Shown: positions 9,781-20,481 of the stretch, one piece after another
Layout: every line of letters begins with the position of its first letter
Position numbering within the stretch: position 1 is the stretch's first letter
Assembly: GCA_001399795.1 (NCBI GenBank)
Contig: LIHK01000054.1
Coordinates: 375 to 52,931, forward strand
Length of the DNA stretch: 52,557 nucleotides
Direction: 5' to 3'
Source: Candidatus Bathyarchaeota archaeon BA2
GTDB lineage: Archaea; Thermoproteota; Bathyarchaeia; Bathyarchaeales; Bathyarchaeaceae
Program-made: the position numbers and the translations under genes
Notes under the pieces: generated by a model
What the model was told of the DNA's origin: nothing
Database searches by the model: none
What the model saw: only the letters and a program-made list of their open reading frames with translations

Positions 9781-10485
9781 ATGTCTGGAACAGAAACTTT
9801 ACTACCATATATTAAGGAACATAAAAAGGAAGAACAACCCACCATCATCGTGGACAGTCGTGAAGCGAGTACAGCTCCGAAAATTATCAAGGGACTAAAG
9901 GAGCATGGCGCCGAAATTAGCATACGAGCCCTTGAGAAGGGTGATTACATCATCTCAGACTTGTGCGCCTTTGAAAGGAAAACCGTTCATGATTTCGTCT
10001 ATACGCTTACTAGGCGATATCTATTTGAGCAGTTGTTCAAACTAAAAGAAGTCTACGCTAAGCCTTTCATCCTTATAGAGGGATACTTGCCCATCATCTA
10101 CAAATTCAGCAAAATCCAGCCAGCCTCGGTTTGGGGAGCCGTGTTCGCCCTAGCCAAGCAAGGAATCTTCATGGTCCAGACAACCAGCCACAAGGAAACA
10201 ATAGACTTCCTCTACACAGCTGCAAGACAAGAGCAGATAGTTGAGAAGAGAATTCCAGTCGTTCACCCAGTGAAGAAAATCGAAACCTTGGCTGAGGCTC
10301 AGATATTTTTTATGGCCAGCCTCCCAAACATAGGCAGAGAAAAAGCCATAGCCATCCTAAAATCTTATCAGGCTCCCCTAAACGCCCTAATAAACGTAGA
10401 TCAATGGCCAAGGGATGTCCACGGTTTGGGACCAAAAATCGCCGAGAAAGTGAAGCAAGTTATACACGAGCCTTATGAGAAGTGA
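9781..10485 (+). CDS. xpf: Short XPF/ERCC4 structure-specific endonuclease
   Basis: VDSRE, GDYIIS and ERK nuclease motifs plus a C-terminal HhH pair (LPNIGREKA, HGLGPKIA). Confidence 0.88.
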   Translation: MSGTETLLPYIKEHKKEEQPTIIVDSREASTAPKIIKGLKEHGAEISIRALEKGDYIISDLCAFERKTVHDFVYTLTRRYLFEQLFKLKEVYAKPFILIEGYLPIIYKFSKIQPASVWGAVFALAKQGIFMVQTTSHKETIDFLYTAARQEQIVEKRIPVVHPVKKIETLAEAQIFFMASLPNIGREKAIAILKSYQAPLNALINVDQWPRDVHGLGPKIAEKVKQVIHEPYEK

Positions 10486-10984
10486 AGTGAAGCTAGAGTC
10501 CCAGATTCCTTTGGGTTATCCCCTTCCCATGACCGTTCCAGCTGGATTAATCTCAGTTCTATGACGTTATAAGAAGTAGAAAAGCTAAAATAAACGGTCT
10601 ATTTTGCGCCTGGAGATAATTTAAGTATTCGCTGTTCACGGTCGAGAGCTTGTTCTTTAATTCATTTACGTAGTCTACAAAGCTGTAGCTCCTCTTTGTT
10701 TTATAATCATTTACTTCAAATGAAACCTTAAACAGAATTACATCTTAAAAAATTCGCCTTCTACGGAAAGGAGTCCTTTTTACTTTTTCTGACATTTCAA
10801 CGCCTCACATTTTCCTTAATATACTCTCGACTATACTCAGCTGGGTAAACTCCTGTCGTAAACGTTCTGCTTCGTTTGGTTAATTCAGAGACGAACAGAT
10901 GTTTTTGCGCAAGAGTTTCGGTGGAAGAAGTTAAAGCGTTAAAACTGCTACCTGTTGATTGGTTTAAACGTTGAGGAAACCGGA

Positions 10985-12088
10985 ATGTCGCTTACTCAAA
11001 GTTTGGAGGAGTTACTCCACTTCTTAGAGAAGTTAAAGCCAGCAAAGAAGTTCAGCGTAGTTGTTATGCCTGACTTTTTCTTAGATCGCCTAGTGACATA
11101 CGAGGGAGACGTTAAGCATTTTTCTAGAGCCGTAGCTGAGGTTGCTGGGCGTAAGGGAGGAAGCATCCACGGTATTAAGCAACTTGAGCTGAGGGGTGGA
11201 AACGCAGCCAACACCGCGGCAGCTTTAGCTGCCTTGGGTGCCCAAGTTTACCCCATTCTTGATACGAGTCCGCTAGGGCTTCATTTGCTCAAGTTTTATC
11301 TCGGCCCTTTTGGGGTTGACCTTTCCCACGTGAAAACTAGTGGCAGGATGTCGCTAACCACGGCTATAGAGCTAAACCATGAAGGTGAAAGAGTTAACGT
11401 AATGATGAGTGATCTTGGGTCCCTTTCGGAATTCGGTTTAGACAACATTACCCCAAAGGATTTCCAAGTCTTGCGGGAAGCCAACTACGTATGTATTTTC
11501 CACTGGGCTGGAACTAGGCGTTGGGGAACCAAGTTGGCTGAAGGAATTTTTAGTTACGTTAGGAAGGAGGGAAAGGGCAAAACCTACTACGACACTGCAG
11601 ATCCAAGTCCAAAGAAAGAAGGCGTCTCAGAGCTTGTCGAGAAGATTCTCTCAGGAAAACTTGTTGACATCTTCAGCGTCAACGAGAGCGAAGCCTTTTG
11701 TTACGCCTGCCAGCTTGATAAAAAGGTAGGCAGCCTTCGAAAAACAATGAAACTCGACGAATTAGCCAAGGAATGCGCCAGAATCTTAGCAAAAAATCTT
11801 TCAGCCCGGATTGACCTTCACACAACAACCTTCGCTGGGTCACTCATCAGAGACTCGGAAGTCATGGTGCCAGCCTTTAAAGTTTCTGTTTTGAGGGCTA
11901 CCGGGGCTGGAGACGCTTGGAACGCTGGGAACATTTTTGGCGACGCCCTTGGTCTTCCAACCTCTTGCAGGCTGACTTTGGCAAACGCTGTGGCTGCGTG
12001 TTATATTTCGAGTCCGGTTGGTGAGCACCCCACATTACCCAAGTTAGTTGATTTTTGCTCCAAACAATTGCAGAAGATCAAAGGTTAG
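10985..12088 (+). CDS. PfkB/ribokinase-family carbohydrate kinase
   Basis: GGNAANTA and ATGAGDAWNAG signatures; ATG 10985 preferred over TTG 10955. Confidence 0.9.
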   Translation: MSLTQSLEELLHFLEKLKPAKKFSVVVMPDFFLDRLVTYEGDVKHFSRAVAEVAGRKGGSIHGIKQLELRGGNAANTAAALAALGAQVYPILDTSPLGLHLLKFYLGPFGVDLSHVKTSGRMSLTTAIELNHEGERVNVMMSDLGSLSEFGLDNITPKDFQVLREANYVCIFHWAGTRRWGTKLAEGIFSYVRKEGKGKTYYDTADPSPKKEGVSELVEKILSGKLVDIFSVNESEAFCYACQLDKKVGSLRKTMKLDELAKECARILAKNLSARIDLHTTTFAGSLIRDSEVMVPAFKVSVLRATGAGDAWNAGNIFGDALGLPTSCRLTLANAVAACYISSPVGEHPTLPKLVDFCSKQLQKIKG

Positions 12089-13251
12089 ACTTTGTACACA
12101 ACTTTTCCTTTCACTATGGTTACGTAAACGTTAACCTCACCGTCAATTATCACGATATCAGCATCTTTACCCGGCTCTAAACTTCCCTTTTTCTTGTCAA
12201 CGCTGATAGCCACCGCGGGGTTTATGGTCGCCATTTTTATCGCCGTTCTTAACGGTGTCCCAACAGATTTCATTGTGTTCCTCACGGCTTCATCCATGGT
12301 TAGGGTGCTTCCAGCAAGTTCACCTGATTCCAGTCTGCAAACACCCTTTTCCACGGTAACGTTCTGTTTACCAAGCTTGTATTTGCCGTTAGGCATGCCA
12401 GCGGCTTGGATAGCATCTGTTACTAGAACAACTTTATTCGTCCCTTTCGTTTTCACCAACAGTTTCATCGCAACTGGATGCATATGGATGTTGTCGGGAA
12501 TTAGCTCCGTCGTTAATTCGTCGTGGACAAGAACTGCGCCCAATATACCGGGCTCTCTATGGTGAAAACTTCTCATTTCGTTGAAGGTGTGGGCAGCATG
12601 TGTAACGCCAAGTTCGATTGCGTTCATGGCTTCTTGGTAAGTGGCGTTGGAGTGCCCTATCGAGGCCACTATACCAAGTTTTGCAAGTTGTTTTATCAAC
12701 TCTTCTGATCCATTAACTTCAGGAGCCAATGTTACAATCTTTATTGTACGATTCGCCACCTCCAACAATTCATCAACCTCGTCTAATGAAGGAGGTCTAA
12801 CATACTCTGCGTCGTGAGCCCCGCGTTTCTCAAGGTTAATGTATGGACCTTCCAAGTGGACTCCCAAAACCTCTGCGCCCTCGGTTCCCCTTTCCATTAC
12901 CGTCTTAACAGCCCTAACAGCCCTTAACAGATCACCACGCGATGCGGAAACCGTTGTGGGAAGAAACGCCGTGGTTCCGTGACTTGCCACAAATTTCGCT
13001 AGTTCGTTAATGGCCTCATAGGAGACCTCCATGACGTCTCTTCCTCTGCCGCCGTGAATGTGAATGTCGATAAAGCCTGGTGCCACAGTTTTGTCTGAAG
13101 CGTCTATCGCCTTTGCCTCTTTCGGCATTTTTACGTCGCTTTCTTTACCAACCGCAGTGATTTTTTTATCCTCAAAAATGACTACACCATTTTTTATTGT
13201 TTTAAACGGTGTTATTATCGTGCCATTTTTAATTACGGTAATCTTTCTCAT
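12085..13251 (-). CDS. nagA: N-acetylglucosamine-6-phosphate deacetylase
   Basis: PGFIDIHIHG, HLEGPY, TLAPE, GHSNA, HTFNEM and LVTDAI motifs. Confidence 0.95.
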   Translation of the reverse strand: MRKITVIKNGTIITPFKTIKNGVVIFEDKKITAVGKESDVKMPKEAKAIDASDKTVAPGFIDIHIHGGRGRDVMEVSYEAINELAKFVASHGTTAFLPTTVSASRGDLLRAVRAVKTVMERGTEGAEVLGVHLEGPYINLEKRGAHDAEYVRPPSLDEVDELLEVANRTIKIVTLAPEVNGSEELIKQLAKLGIVASIGHSNATYQEAMNAIELGVTHAAHTFNEMRSFHHREPGILGAVLVHDELTTELIPDNIHMHPVAMKLLVKTKGTNKVVLVTDAIQAAGMPNGKYKLGKQNVTVEKGVCRLESGELAGSTLTMDEAVRNTMKSVGTPLRTAIKMATINPAVAISVDKKKGSLEPGKDADIVIIDGEVNVYVTIVKGKVVYKV

Positions 13252-13407
13252 TTGGCCTCATCCCTACTTAGACTCAAAGGCGCAGTTTATACTAATCATT
13301 TACCCCCAAAAAATTGGAGATAGAAACAATGAAAGAATTGCTTACGCCAACACAAAGCATTATTTAAGTAATTCCTCAAGAATAAATCTGGGAAGTTGTG
13401 TGGCGGA

Positions 13408-14766
13408 ATGGTGAACTTTAACAAAATTTTTAGGGCTTACGACATAAGAGGCGTCTTCGGTGAAAACCTCACCGACAAAGTTGCAACTAAACTTGGAGCG
13501 GCTTTCGCAGCTTTTTTAGGAGAAAACAAAGAAGTGTTGGTTGCCAGAGACGTCAGATTAAGCGGAGAAACCCTTAGAAAAGCTCTGGTTTCTGGTCTAG
13601 TTTCTGGCTGCAACGTTACTGATATCGGCGTCGTCCCAACACCTCTACTCTATTTTTCAATAAACCGTCTTCAAAAGGATGCTGGGATCATCGTTACGGC
13701 ATCCCATAACCCACCGGAATGGAATGGCTTCAAGTTATTCTGGCAGAGGGGATGCATTTATGGAAATGACATGGAAAGAATCAAACAGATAGCTAAAAAA
13801 ATTGACCTTAAAAAGCTAGGCAGAAAAAGGGGCAAATTAACCAGGTACGAGGGGATAATCCAAGAATACATGAATTTTGTTCAAAATAAAATAAAAATTG
13901 AAAAAGAACTTAAGGTAGTGACTGACACGGCAAACGGCACGTGTGGATTGCTGGTTCCGTCCCTTTTTAAGCGGCTAGGATGTAAGGTTTTGACTTTGAA
14001 CGAAAATCCGGATGGCACATTTCCAGCCCACCTGCCAGAACCAAAGGAAGAGACCTTAGTTGAATTAAAGGAGGAAGTAGTAAAGAATGAGGCAGACTTT
14101 GGGGTAGGATACGATGGAGATGGAGATAGAGCAGTTTTCGTCGATGAAAAGGGAAACATAATCCCCGGCGATTTGGTTTTGCTGGTCTTTGCCAAGGATG
14201 TTCTTCAAAAAAGCAAAGGCGGAAAGATAGTTTACGAACTGAGTTGTTCCATGGCTGTTGAAGAATACGTGAAACGACACGGCGGAATTCCAATAGTTGA
14301 AAGGGTTGGCCACACGTTTATCATGGACAAGATGATTGAAGAAAATGCCCTGTTGGGAGGTGAAAAAAGCAGCCACTTCTATTTTTCTGAATGCTATGGA
14401 GTGGATGACGCAATTTTTGCAAGCCTAAGGATGGCTGAAATACTCTCCAAGAGCGAACTGAAACTCTCAGAGATCGTTGACTCCCTGCCTAAGTACCCTT
14501 CAATCTATGAGAAAAACTTTGACTGCCCGGATGACCTAAAATTCCTTGTCATCGAAAAGTTAAGATCCAAGTTTAAGGATTACGGCCTAAAGTTTCTGGA
14601 CATGGATGGAGTAAAGCTGTTAGATGAAGATGGTTGGGTTCTCTTGAGACCCTCCAACACCGAACCAATTATAAGAGTTACCGCTGAAGCGAGAACCGAA
14701 GAAAAACTTAAGGAACTCTACGAACTCGCGGAGAAAGAATTAAAGCAAGCCATGAAGGGTGGTTAA
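13408..14766 (+). CDS. Phosphomannomutase/phosphoglucomutase (alpha-D-phosphohexomutase; possibly phosphoglucosamine mutase)
   Basis: FRAYDIRG, TASHNP catalytic Ser, DGDGDR, GEKSSH and RPSNTEP. Confidence 0.92.
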   Translation: MVNFNKIFRAYDIRGVFGENLTDKVATKLGAAFAAFLGENKEVLVARDVRLSGETLRKALVSGLVSGCNVTDIGVVPTPLLYFSINRLQKDAGIIVTASHNPPEWNGFKLFWQRGCIYGNDMERIKQIAKKIDLKKLGRKRGKLTRYEGIIQEYMNFVQNKIKIEKELKVVTDTANGTCGLLVPSLFKRLGCKVLTLNENPDGTFPAHLPEPKEETLVELKEEVVKNEADFGVGYDGDGDRAVFVDEKGNIIPGDLVLLVFAKDVLQKSKGGKIVYELSCSMAVEEYVKRHGGIPIVERVGHTFIMDKMIEENALLGGEKSSHFYFSECYGVDDAIFASLRMAEILSKSELKLSEIVDSLPKYPSIYEKNFDCPDDLKFLVIEKLRSKFKDYGLKFLDMDGVKLLDEDGWVLLRPSNTEPIIRVTAEARTEEKLKELYELAEKELKQAMKGG

Positions 14767-16065
14767 TTGCAAACGGTTATACTTGCTGGCGGAACAGGAA
14801 AAAGGGTTTTTCCCTTAGCAGTGAACAAACCAAAACCCATGTTCAAAATTTTGGGAAAACCCCTAATTCAACACGTTATCGAAACCGTGAAAGAAGCTGG
14901 TTTAAAAGATTTTATAATCGTGATAGGCCACAACGGAGAGCAGATTAAAGACTACTTAGCAGATGGCAGCCAACTTGGGGTTAGCATAGAGTATACGGTT
15001 CAAAAAGAAGCCTTAGGAATGGCAAACGCCCTTGAAACCACAAAGGATTTAGTGAAAGACAATTTCTTCGTTGTTAACGCCGACGACATTTTTGAAAGTT
15101 CGCTGATAAAGGGAATGACCAAGCAATTCAAGAAAAGCGGCGCAGAAATAATTCTGTCCTGTAAACCTGTTGAAGAAACATGGAAGTTCGGTATAATTCA
15201 AATAGAGAATGACAAAGTAACAAAGTTTGTTGAAAAGCCGCCGAAAGGGCAGGAGCCAAGTAACATGGCTGTTGTCGGAGTGTACGTACTGACCAAGAAA
15301 ATCTTTGACTACTATAAAAAAATTCCAGTATCAGACCACCAATACGAAGACGCAATCCAAAGATTCATCGAAGACAAAAACATGGTTAGAGCCGTCAGCT
15401 ATGATGGGTTTTTCGCGGGCTACAAATACCCTTGGGACCTTTTCTCCATAAATGAGTATCTAATGGATACCCACGTAAAGAAACAGACTATTGAAGGTGG
15501 TGTGGATGTTTCGGAAAGGGCGCAGGTTGAAGGGAACGTTTGGATTCAACGGGGAACTAGAATTCTTGAGGGTGCCTGTATAAGAGGACCATGCTACATC
15601 GGTTCAAACAGCCTCATCGGAAACAACTCTCTGGTTCGAGATTATTCTTCCGTAGGCAACAATTGTGTCGTAGGTTTTTCAACAGAAATCAAACACTCCT
15701 TAATCGGCGACAACTGCTGGTTCCACACAAACTATATAGGCGATTCAGTAATCTCTGACAACTGCCTCTTCGGCGCCGGAACCATAACCGCAAACTTCAG
15801 GTTTGACGAGAAGAATGTCAAGTTGAGAATAGAAGGCAAGGAGGTAGATTCCGGCACAGACAAACTAGGCGCCATAGTAGGGGACAACTGCAAAACTGGT
15901 ATCAACGCTTGTCTTTCACCAGGCACAAGAATTGGCCCCCATAGTATTGTTGGGCCTGGGGTGAACTTGCAAGGCGATCTTGAACCAGGTAAAATAATTT
16001 TCATAGATAGGAAAAGTTACGTTGTGACGGAGAATAGGATAACAATTTCTTCCGAGAAGAAATGA
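14767..16065 (+). CDS. glmU: Bifunctional sugar-1-phosphate nucleotidylyltransferase/acetyltransferase (archaeal GlmU-like)
   Basis: LAGGTGKR...KPKPM nucleotidyltransferase motif, EKP, C-terminal hexapeptide repeats, HTNYIGDS and GAGTITANFR. Confidence 0.88.
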   Translation: MQTVILAGGTGKRVFPLAVNKPKPMFKILGKPLIQHVIETVKEAGLKDFIIVIGHNGEQIKDYLADGSQLGVSIEYTVQKEALGMANALETTKDLVKDNFFVVNADDIFESSLIKGMTKQFKKSGAEIILSCKPVEETWKFGIIQIENDKVTKFVEKPPKGQEPSNMAVVGVYVLTKKIFDYYKKIPVSDHQYEDAIQRFIEDKNMVRAVSYDGFFAGYKYPWDLFSINEYLMDTHVKKQTIEGGVDVSERAQVEGNVWIQRGTRILEGACIRGPCYIGSNSLIGNNSLVRDYSSVGNNCVVGFSTEIKHSLIGDNCWFHTNYIGDSVISDNCLFGAGTITANFRFDEKNVKLRIEGKEVDSGTDKLGAIVGDNCKTGINACLSPGTRIGPHSIVGPGVNLQGDLEPGKIIFIDRKSYVVTENRITISSEKK

Positions 16066-16341
16066 GAATTGGTGAAAAAGTTGATGAAATATAAATGAAA
16101 TGGTACGAGTAGTGTCGGCACTGTCTTTTAGTATGCCCCTTCTTCAGTTTGTCCAAATACTCCTTAACATACAGGAAAATCTTATTTCGTGTTTTTTCAT
16201 GTGCTGGGCTTGTTCTGTTTGATAAGTTACTCAAAGGGCTCTATGTCAACTTCTAGCCGAAAACAACAAAACGCAAATTATAACTATCCTTATCTCATAT
16301 TCTCTCTTTAACCGTTAATCGTAATTGTTGGAGGAGCAAGA

Positions 16342-18198
16342 TTGAGTTACGCCAAACGAATACTACATCTAGACCTATCAACTGGAAAGACAGAAATCGA
16401 ACCTTTGAAGGACGAGATGACTAAAAAATACATTGGAGGCATAGGACTTGGAATACGCCTACTTCTCGACCATTCCAAGCCGGGCATGGACCCCTTCAGC
16501 CCAGAAATTCCCCTCATATTTGCGACGGGACCCCTCAGCGGCACCATGGCTCCCACCGCGGGAAACAGCTACGCGGTTGTTTCAAAGTCACCTGCGTCTG
16601 GGGGAGTAGGTGAAGCCAAATCTCATGGCTTTTTCGGCGCTGAGATCAAACGCGCTGGATACGACGTATTTATTTTTAAGGGTAAGGCGGAGAAGCCAGT
16701 TTACGTATGGGTTGATGACGATTCTGTTCAACTGATGGATGCAAAGCATCTTCTGGGCAAGTCACCAGCAGAAACGGAGGAGACCATCAGAGAGGAGCTG
16801 GGAGATCTCTATATTCGTGTAGCAGCCATCGGTCCAGCTGGAGAGAAACTGGTCAAAATCGCCTGCATATTGAATGATACCACCAGAGCTGCTGGAAGGA
16901 CAGGCATGGGTGCGGTGATGGGTTCAAAGAATTTGAAGGCCGTTGCTGTTCGTGGAACCAAGGATGTCACCGTTGCCAAGCCCGACGAATTCAGAGAGTT
17001 CGTGAAGATGCTTCACGAACGGATGAAGGGACCAGCTACAACAAAATACAGAACGCTGGGGACCCCGGAAAATGTTTTAGTTCTTAACTCCTTAGGAGCA
17101 TTGCCCACCAGAAACTTCACGAACGCTACTTTTGAAGGAGCCGAAAAAGTTAGCGGAGAATACCTAAACAAACGCTTTGTCGCAAAAATCATCGGCTGCT
17201 CCTCATGCGCCATGCGTTGCGAACACATAGCGGTGGTACCTGAAGGACCTTACAAAGGAACCACCAGTCGAATGGAGTATGAACCCCTTTGGGCCCTTGG
17301 AATAAACTGCGGAATCGACCGCCTAGATGCGATCATTAAGGCCATGAGCGTCTGCAACTACTACGGAATGGACGGTATTGGTGCTGGTGTGATCGTTGGC
17401 TTTGCCATGGATTGCTATGAGCACGAAATCCTTACCAAGAAAGATACTGACGGCTTAGATCTCCGATTCGGCAACTATGAGGCTCTGCTGGAAATGCTGA
17501 AGAAGATGGGCACCCGAGAGGGTCTGGGAGACATATTGGCGGAAGGTGTAAAGAGAGCCGCGGAAAAAATCGGAAAGGGTGCAGAAAAATACGCCAACCA
17601 CATTAAAGGACTGGAAATGACGGGCTATGACATTAGAGGCCTAAAAACAGCAGCCTTGGGATACGCCGTTTCCTTCCGCGGAGCCGACCACAACAGACAC
17701 GGAGCCTACGCCCCCGACGTGAAAGGGTCGGTCGATCGCTTCAAGGCTGAAAAAGGAAGAGGAAAACTCGTCAGAGAAATTGAAGACTTATACACGATAA
17801 TTGACTCCCTTATTCTGTGTAAATTTTCTAGGGGGGTATACTACGAAACGTTCAAAGATTTGGCGCAATATTACACGCTGGCGACAGGCATCGAGGTAAC
17901 TCCAGAAGAGCTTCAGGTAACTGGCGAAAGAATAAACAACCTGGCAAGAGTCTTCAATGTTCGAGAAGGCTTCTCGAGGAAAGACGACCACTTGCCAGCG
18001 AAAGTAATGAGCACGCCCATACCTGACGAAGTAGTTTCGAAGGGAAGCTACGTCAGCCAAAAGGAGCTGAACCTACTCCTAGATGATTACTATGAAGTTC
18101 GCGGATGGACGAAGGATGGTATCCCAACAATAGAAAAACTCAACGAAATTGGACTCAACGATCTCGCGTACATAGTGAAACCGAAAAAAGAAAAATGA
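16342..18198 (+). CDS. aor: Tungsten-dependent aldehyde:ferredoxin oxidoreductase family protein
   Basis: SKSP, AAGRTGMGAVMGSKNLKA, CSSCAMRC [4Fe-4S] motif, EYE and DSLILCKF; GGAGG RBS. Confidence 0.93.
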   Translation: MSYAKRILHLDLSTGKTEIEPLKDEMTKKYIGGIGLGIRLLLDHSKPGMDPFSPEIPLIFATGPLSGTMAPTAGNSYAVVSKSPASGGVGEAKSHGFFGAEIKRAGYDVFIFKGKAEKPVYVWVDDDSVQLMDAKHLLGKSPAETEETIREELGDLYIRVAAIGPAGEKLVKIACILNDTTRAAGRTGMGAVMGSKNLKAVAVRGTKDVTVAKPDEFREFVKMLHERMKGPATTKYRTLGTPENVLVLNSLGALPTRNFTNATFEGAEKVSGEYLNKRFVAKIIGCSSCAMRCEHIAVVPEGPYKGTTSRMEYEPLWALGINCGIDRLDAIIKAMSVCNYYGMDGIGAGVIVGFAMDCYEHEILTKKDTDGLDLRFGNYEALLEMLKKMGTREGLGDILAEGVKRAAEKIGKGAEKYANHIKGLEMTGYDIRGLKTAALGYAVSFRGADHNRHGAYAPDVKGSVDRFKAEKGRGKLVREIEDLYTIIDSLILCKFSRGVYYETFKDLAQYYTLATGIEVTPEELQVTGERINNLARVFNVREGFSRKDDHLPAKVMSTPIPDEVVSKGSYVSQKELNLLLDDYYEVRGWTKDGIPTIEKLNEIGLNDLAYIVKPKKEK

Positions 18199-18199
18199 A

Positions 18200-18712
18200 A
18201 TGGAGGAACAAAAAATGGCTGTAAGACCTGCAAGAAAGTTTGTTTCCGCTGATCCCGAAAAATGCGTCGGTTGCGCTGTTTGTGAGTACGTATGCTCATT
18301 GGAAAAAGAGAAGGTCTTTAACCCTACTAAGTCTCGGATACGCGTCGTACGTTTGCATCCACTCATCAACTTGTCGGTGACCTGTAGGCTTTGCGAAGAC
18401 GCTCCATGCGTGGCCTCGTGTCCAAGAGACGCTTTAGAACAGTCTGAGGAAACAGGCGTCATCCTGATTGACGAGGAGAAGTGCAACGGTTGCGGCTGGT
18501 GCATCGAAGCATGCGACTACGGCGCCATCATGCTGCATCCTGAAACGAGAGTAGTGTTTACTTGTGATCTCTGCGATGGCGAGCCCAAGTGCGTGGAATG
18601 GTGTCCGGAAGAAGCACTGGACTTCGTGACAAGAGACATTCTCGCTCAAAAGGCGAGGATAACCGTCGTAAAGAAGCTGTTCCAAGAAGCCATGAAAACT
18701 GTACCAGGTTAA
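18200..18712 (+). CDS. 4Fe-4S dicluster protein (AOR-associated Fe-S subunit, DmsB/CooF-like)
   Basis: Four Cys clusters: CVGCAVCEYVC, CRLCEDAPCVASCP, CNGCGWCIEAC, CDLC...CVEWCP. Confidence 0.9.
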   Translation: MEEQKMAVRPARKFVSADPEKCVGCAVCEYVCSLEKEKVFNPTKSRIRVVRLHPLINLSVTCRLCEDAPCVASCPRDALEQSEETGVILIDEEKCNGCGWCIEACDYGAIMLHPETRVVFTCDLCDGEPKCVEWCPEEALDFVTRDILAQKARITVVKKLFQEAMKTVPG

Positions 18713-18830
18713 AGCAGATTCAAAGTTTCATTCCCCCTTTTCCTTTGTTTCAATGCTAGTTCTTAAGGTTAAGTAGTTCAAATCCCGACTAATTCCAATA
18801 TGGAACTGATGTAAAGTAAAATCTAGGATT

Positions 18831-19334
18831 CTATGGAAGAATCTTTGACAGAAGATTGGTCAATTTTACTGCAGTTTTCCTTAGTTCTGCCGTGAGGCCT
18901 TCTCCAAAGTCGGTGTCTTTTGGCTGTATTAGGAGTAAGGCAATCTTGGCGCTTGTTGTTTTTGCAAGGTATTCGCAGAATATTTGGAGAGGTAGGGCAT
19001 GAGTTGATATGGCGGTTTGCTTCATCATCTGGCCGGGCTCAATGAGTTTTGAGGAACCGAGGTCTATGGTTAACAGAGCGGCATCGATGATTAGTATGTG
19101 GGTGGGTTTGAATTCGGTTATTGATTCTATGAAGCTTTCTGGAACGGTTTCACATTCTATTAAATAGACGGATGGGGAGACTTTATTCCGTAATTTTCTT
19201 ACGATTTCAACTCCCACAGAATCGTCTTTTCGAAGCGGGTTTCCTATGCCTGCAATTACTACTTTTTGAGCGTTTGAAAGCCAGTTCTTCAACTTATCTT
19301 CGATGTCGTTCGTCTTGATTTTGGAACTAACCAT
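18831..19334 (-). CDS. hycI: Hydrogenase maturation endopeptidase (HycI-like)
   Basis: GIGNPLRKDDSVG, ETVPE, IIDAA and STHALPL motifs. Confidence 0.92.
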   Translation of the reverse strand: MVSSKIKTNDIEDKLKNWLSNAQKVVIAGIGNPLRKDDSVGVEIVRKLRNKVSPSVYLIECETVPESFIESITEFKPTHILIIDAALLTIDLGSSKLIEPGQMMKQTAISTHALPLQIFCEYLAKTTSAKIALLLIQPKDTDFGEGLTAELRKTAVKLTNLLSKILP

Positions 19335-19464
19335 ACGCGTCTCAACTTTAGATTATAGGCAATTTAAACCCATTTCTAATAGATTCAGATAAATAGTTTT
19401 ATAAACCACTCCATCCGCATTTCTTTTTCTAATCGTTTAAAATTATAGGAAGACTTGGATAGGA

Positions 19465-20481
19465 GTGGAAATTGTGAAATATGTAAAATTGCCTAAAGAA
19501 AACCTTGACGCTTTCGTGGAAAACTTGAAAACCCATGGAAAGGTTTATGGTCCAGTCAAAATCGGTGAATACTACTCTTTTCAGGAAATCAATAATTCAA
19601 AAGAAATGAGTCTCGAATACTCGAGAACGATGATTCCCCCTAAGAAATTCTTCTTGAAGCTTAAGGAAAGGCTATTCACCTTTAATGAAGAAAAGGGCGA
19701 ATACAAGGAAACGCTTGAAGAAGAAAAAATTGTTGTGTTTGGGATTCATCCATGCGACATCAATGCGCTGAAACTTATGGACAAAATCTACATAGATGAA
19801 ACTCCGGACAAATACTACAAAATGAGAAGAGAAAACGCGGTAATAGTAGGATACGGTTGCCACCCAGATGAATACTGCTTCTGCCATTCCTTGGGAACCA
19901 ATTATGCTGCGGACGGGTTCGACCTATTTCTCCACGAACTTAAAGACGGATTCTTTGTAAGGGTCGGAAGTGACAAGGGAAACGCCATTGTAAGCGAGAT
20001 TTCAGAGCTGATAAAGGATGTAGAAGGCAGTGACATAGAAGAGTTTAGGGCGGCTGAGAGAAAGAGGGAAAAAGAGTATACCCTTGAATTAAACATTCGT
20101 GGAATCACGGACATGCTGGCGCTAGCCTATGAAAGTGAAGTTTGGAAAGAATATGCTGACAAATGCTTCGGTTGCGGCAGTTGTAACCTAGTTTGCCCCA
20201 CTTGCAGATGTTATGATGTTGTTGACAATGTTAATTTAAATCTAAAAAGCGGCGAAAGGCTGAGAAGACTGGATTCTTGTATGCTTAGAAAACACGGTTT
20301 GGTCGCAGGGGGTTTAAACTTTAGACCCACAAGAATTGAGAGGCTTAGAAACAGATTTAACTGTAAGGGAAGTCTGAGAGAAGATACATTGAACTGCGTT
20401 GGTTGTGGGAGATGTACCGTCTATTGCCCCTCCCAAATAGATTATGTGGAAGTTCTCAAGAAGGTAAGAGGTGAGCTATGA
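19465..20481 (+). CDS. hydB: Group 3b [NiFe]-hydrogenase (sulfhydrogenase) beta subunit, Fe-S
   Basis: GIHPCD, CFC, CFGCGSCNLVCPTCRC and CVGCGRCTVYCP. Confidence 0.9.
   Translation: MEIVKYVKLPKENLDAFVENLKTHGKVYGPVKIGEYYSFQEINNSKEMSLEYSRTMIPPKKFFLKLKERLFTFNEEKGEYKETLEEEKIVVFGIHPCDINALKLMDKIYIDETPDKYYKMRRENAVIVGYGCHPDEYCFCHSLGTNYAADGFDLFLHELKDGFFVRVGSDKGNAIVSEISELIKDVEGSDIEEFRAAERKREKEYTLELNIRGITDMLALAYESEVWKEYADKCFGCGSCNLVCPTCRCYDVVDNVNLNLKSGERLRRLDSCMLRKHGLVAGGLNFRPTRIERLRNRFNCKGSLREDTLNCVGCGRCTVYCPSQIDYVEVLKKVRGEL

Noticed and set aside
10560-10800. Interrupted minus-strand reading frame in the xpf-pfkB spacer
   Set aside because: Contains an internal TAA and no recognisable motif; cannot be separated from chance.
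16043-16071. BHB intron or selenocysteine at the glmU TGA
   Set aside because: A simple ATTTCTTC/GAAGAAAT hairpin without bulge-helix-bulge geometry; the position is not a Cys-equivalent site.
16001-16234. 77-aa minus-strand ORF between glmU and aor
   Set aside because: Overlaps the glmU end, with no RBS or motif; at most a remnant.
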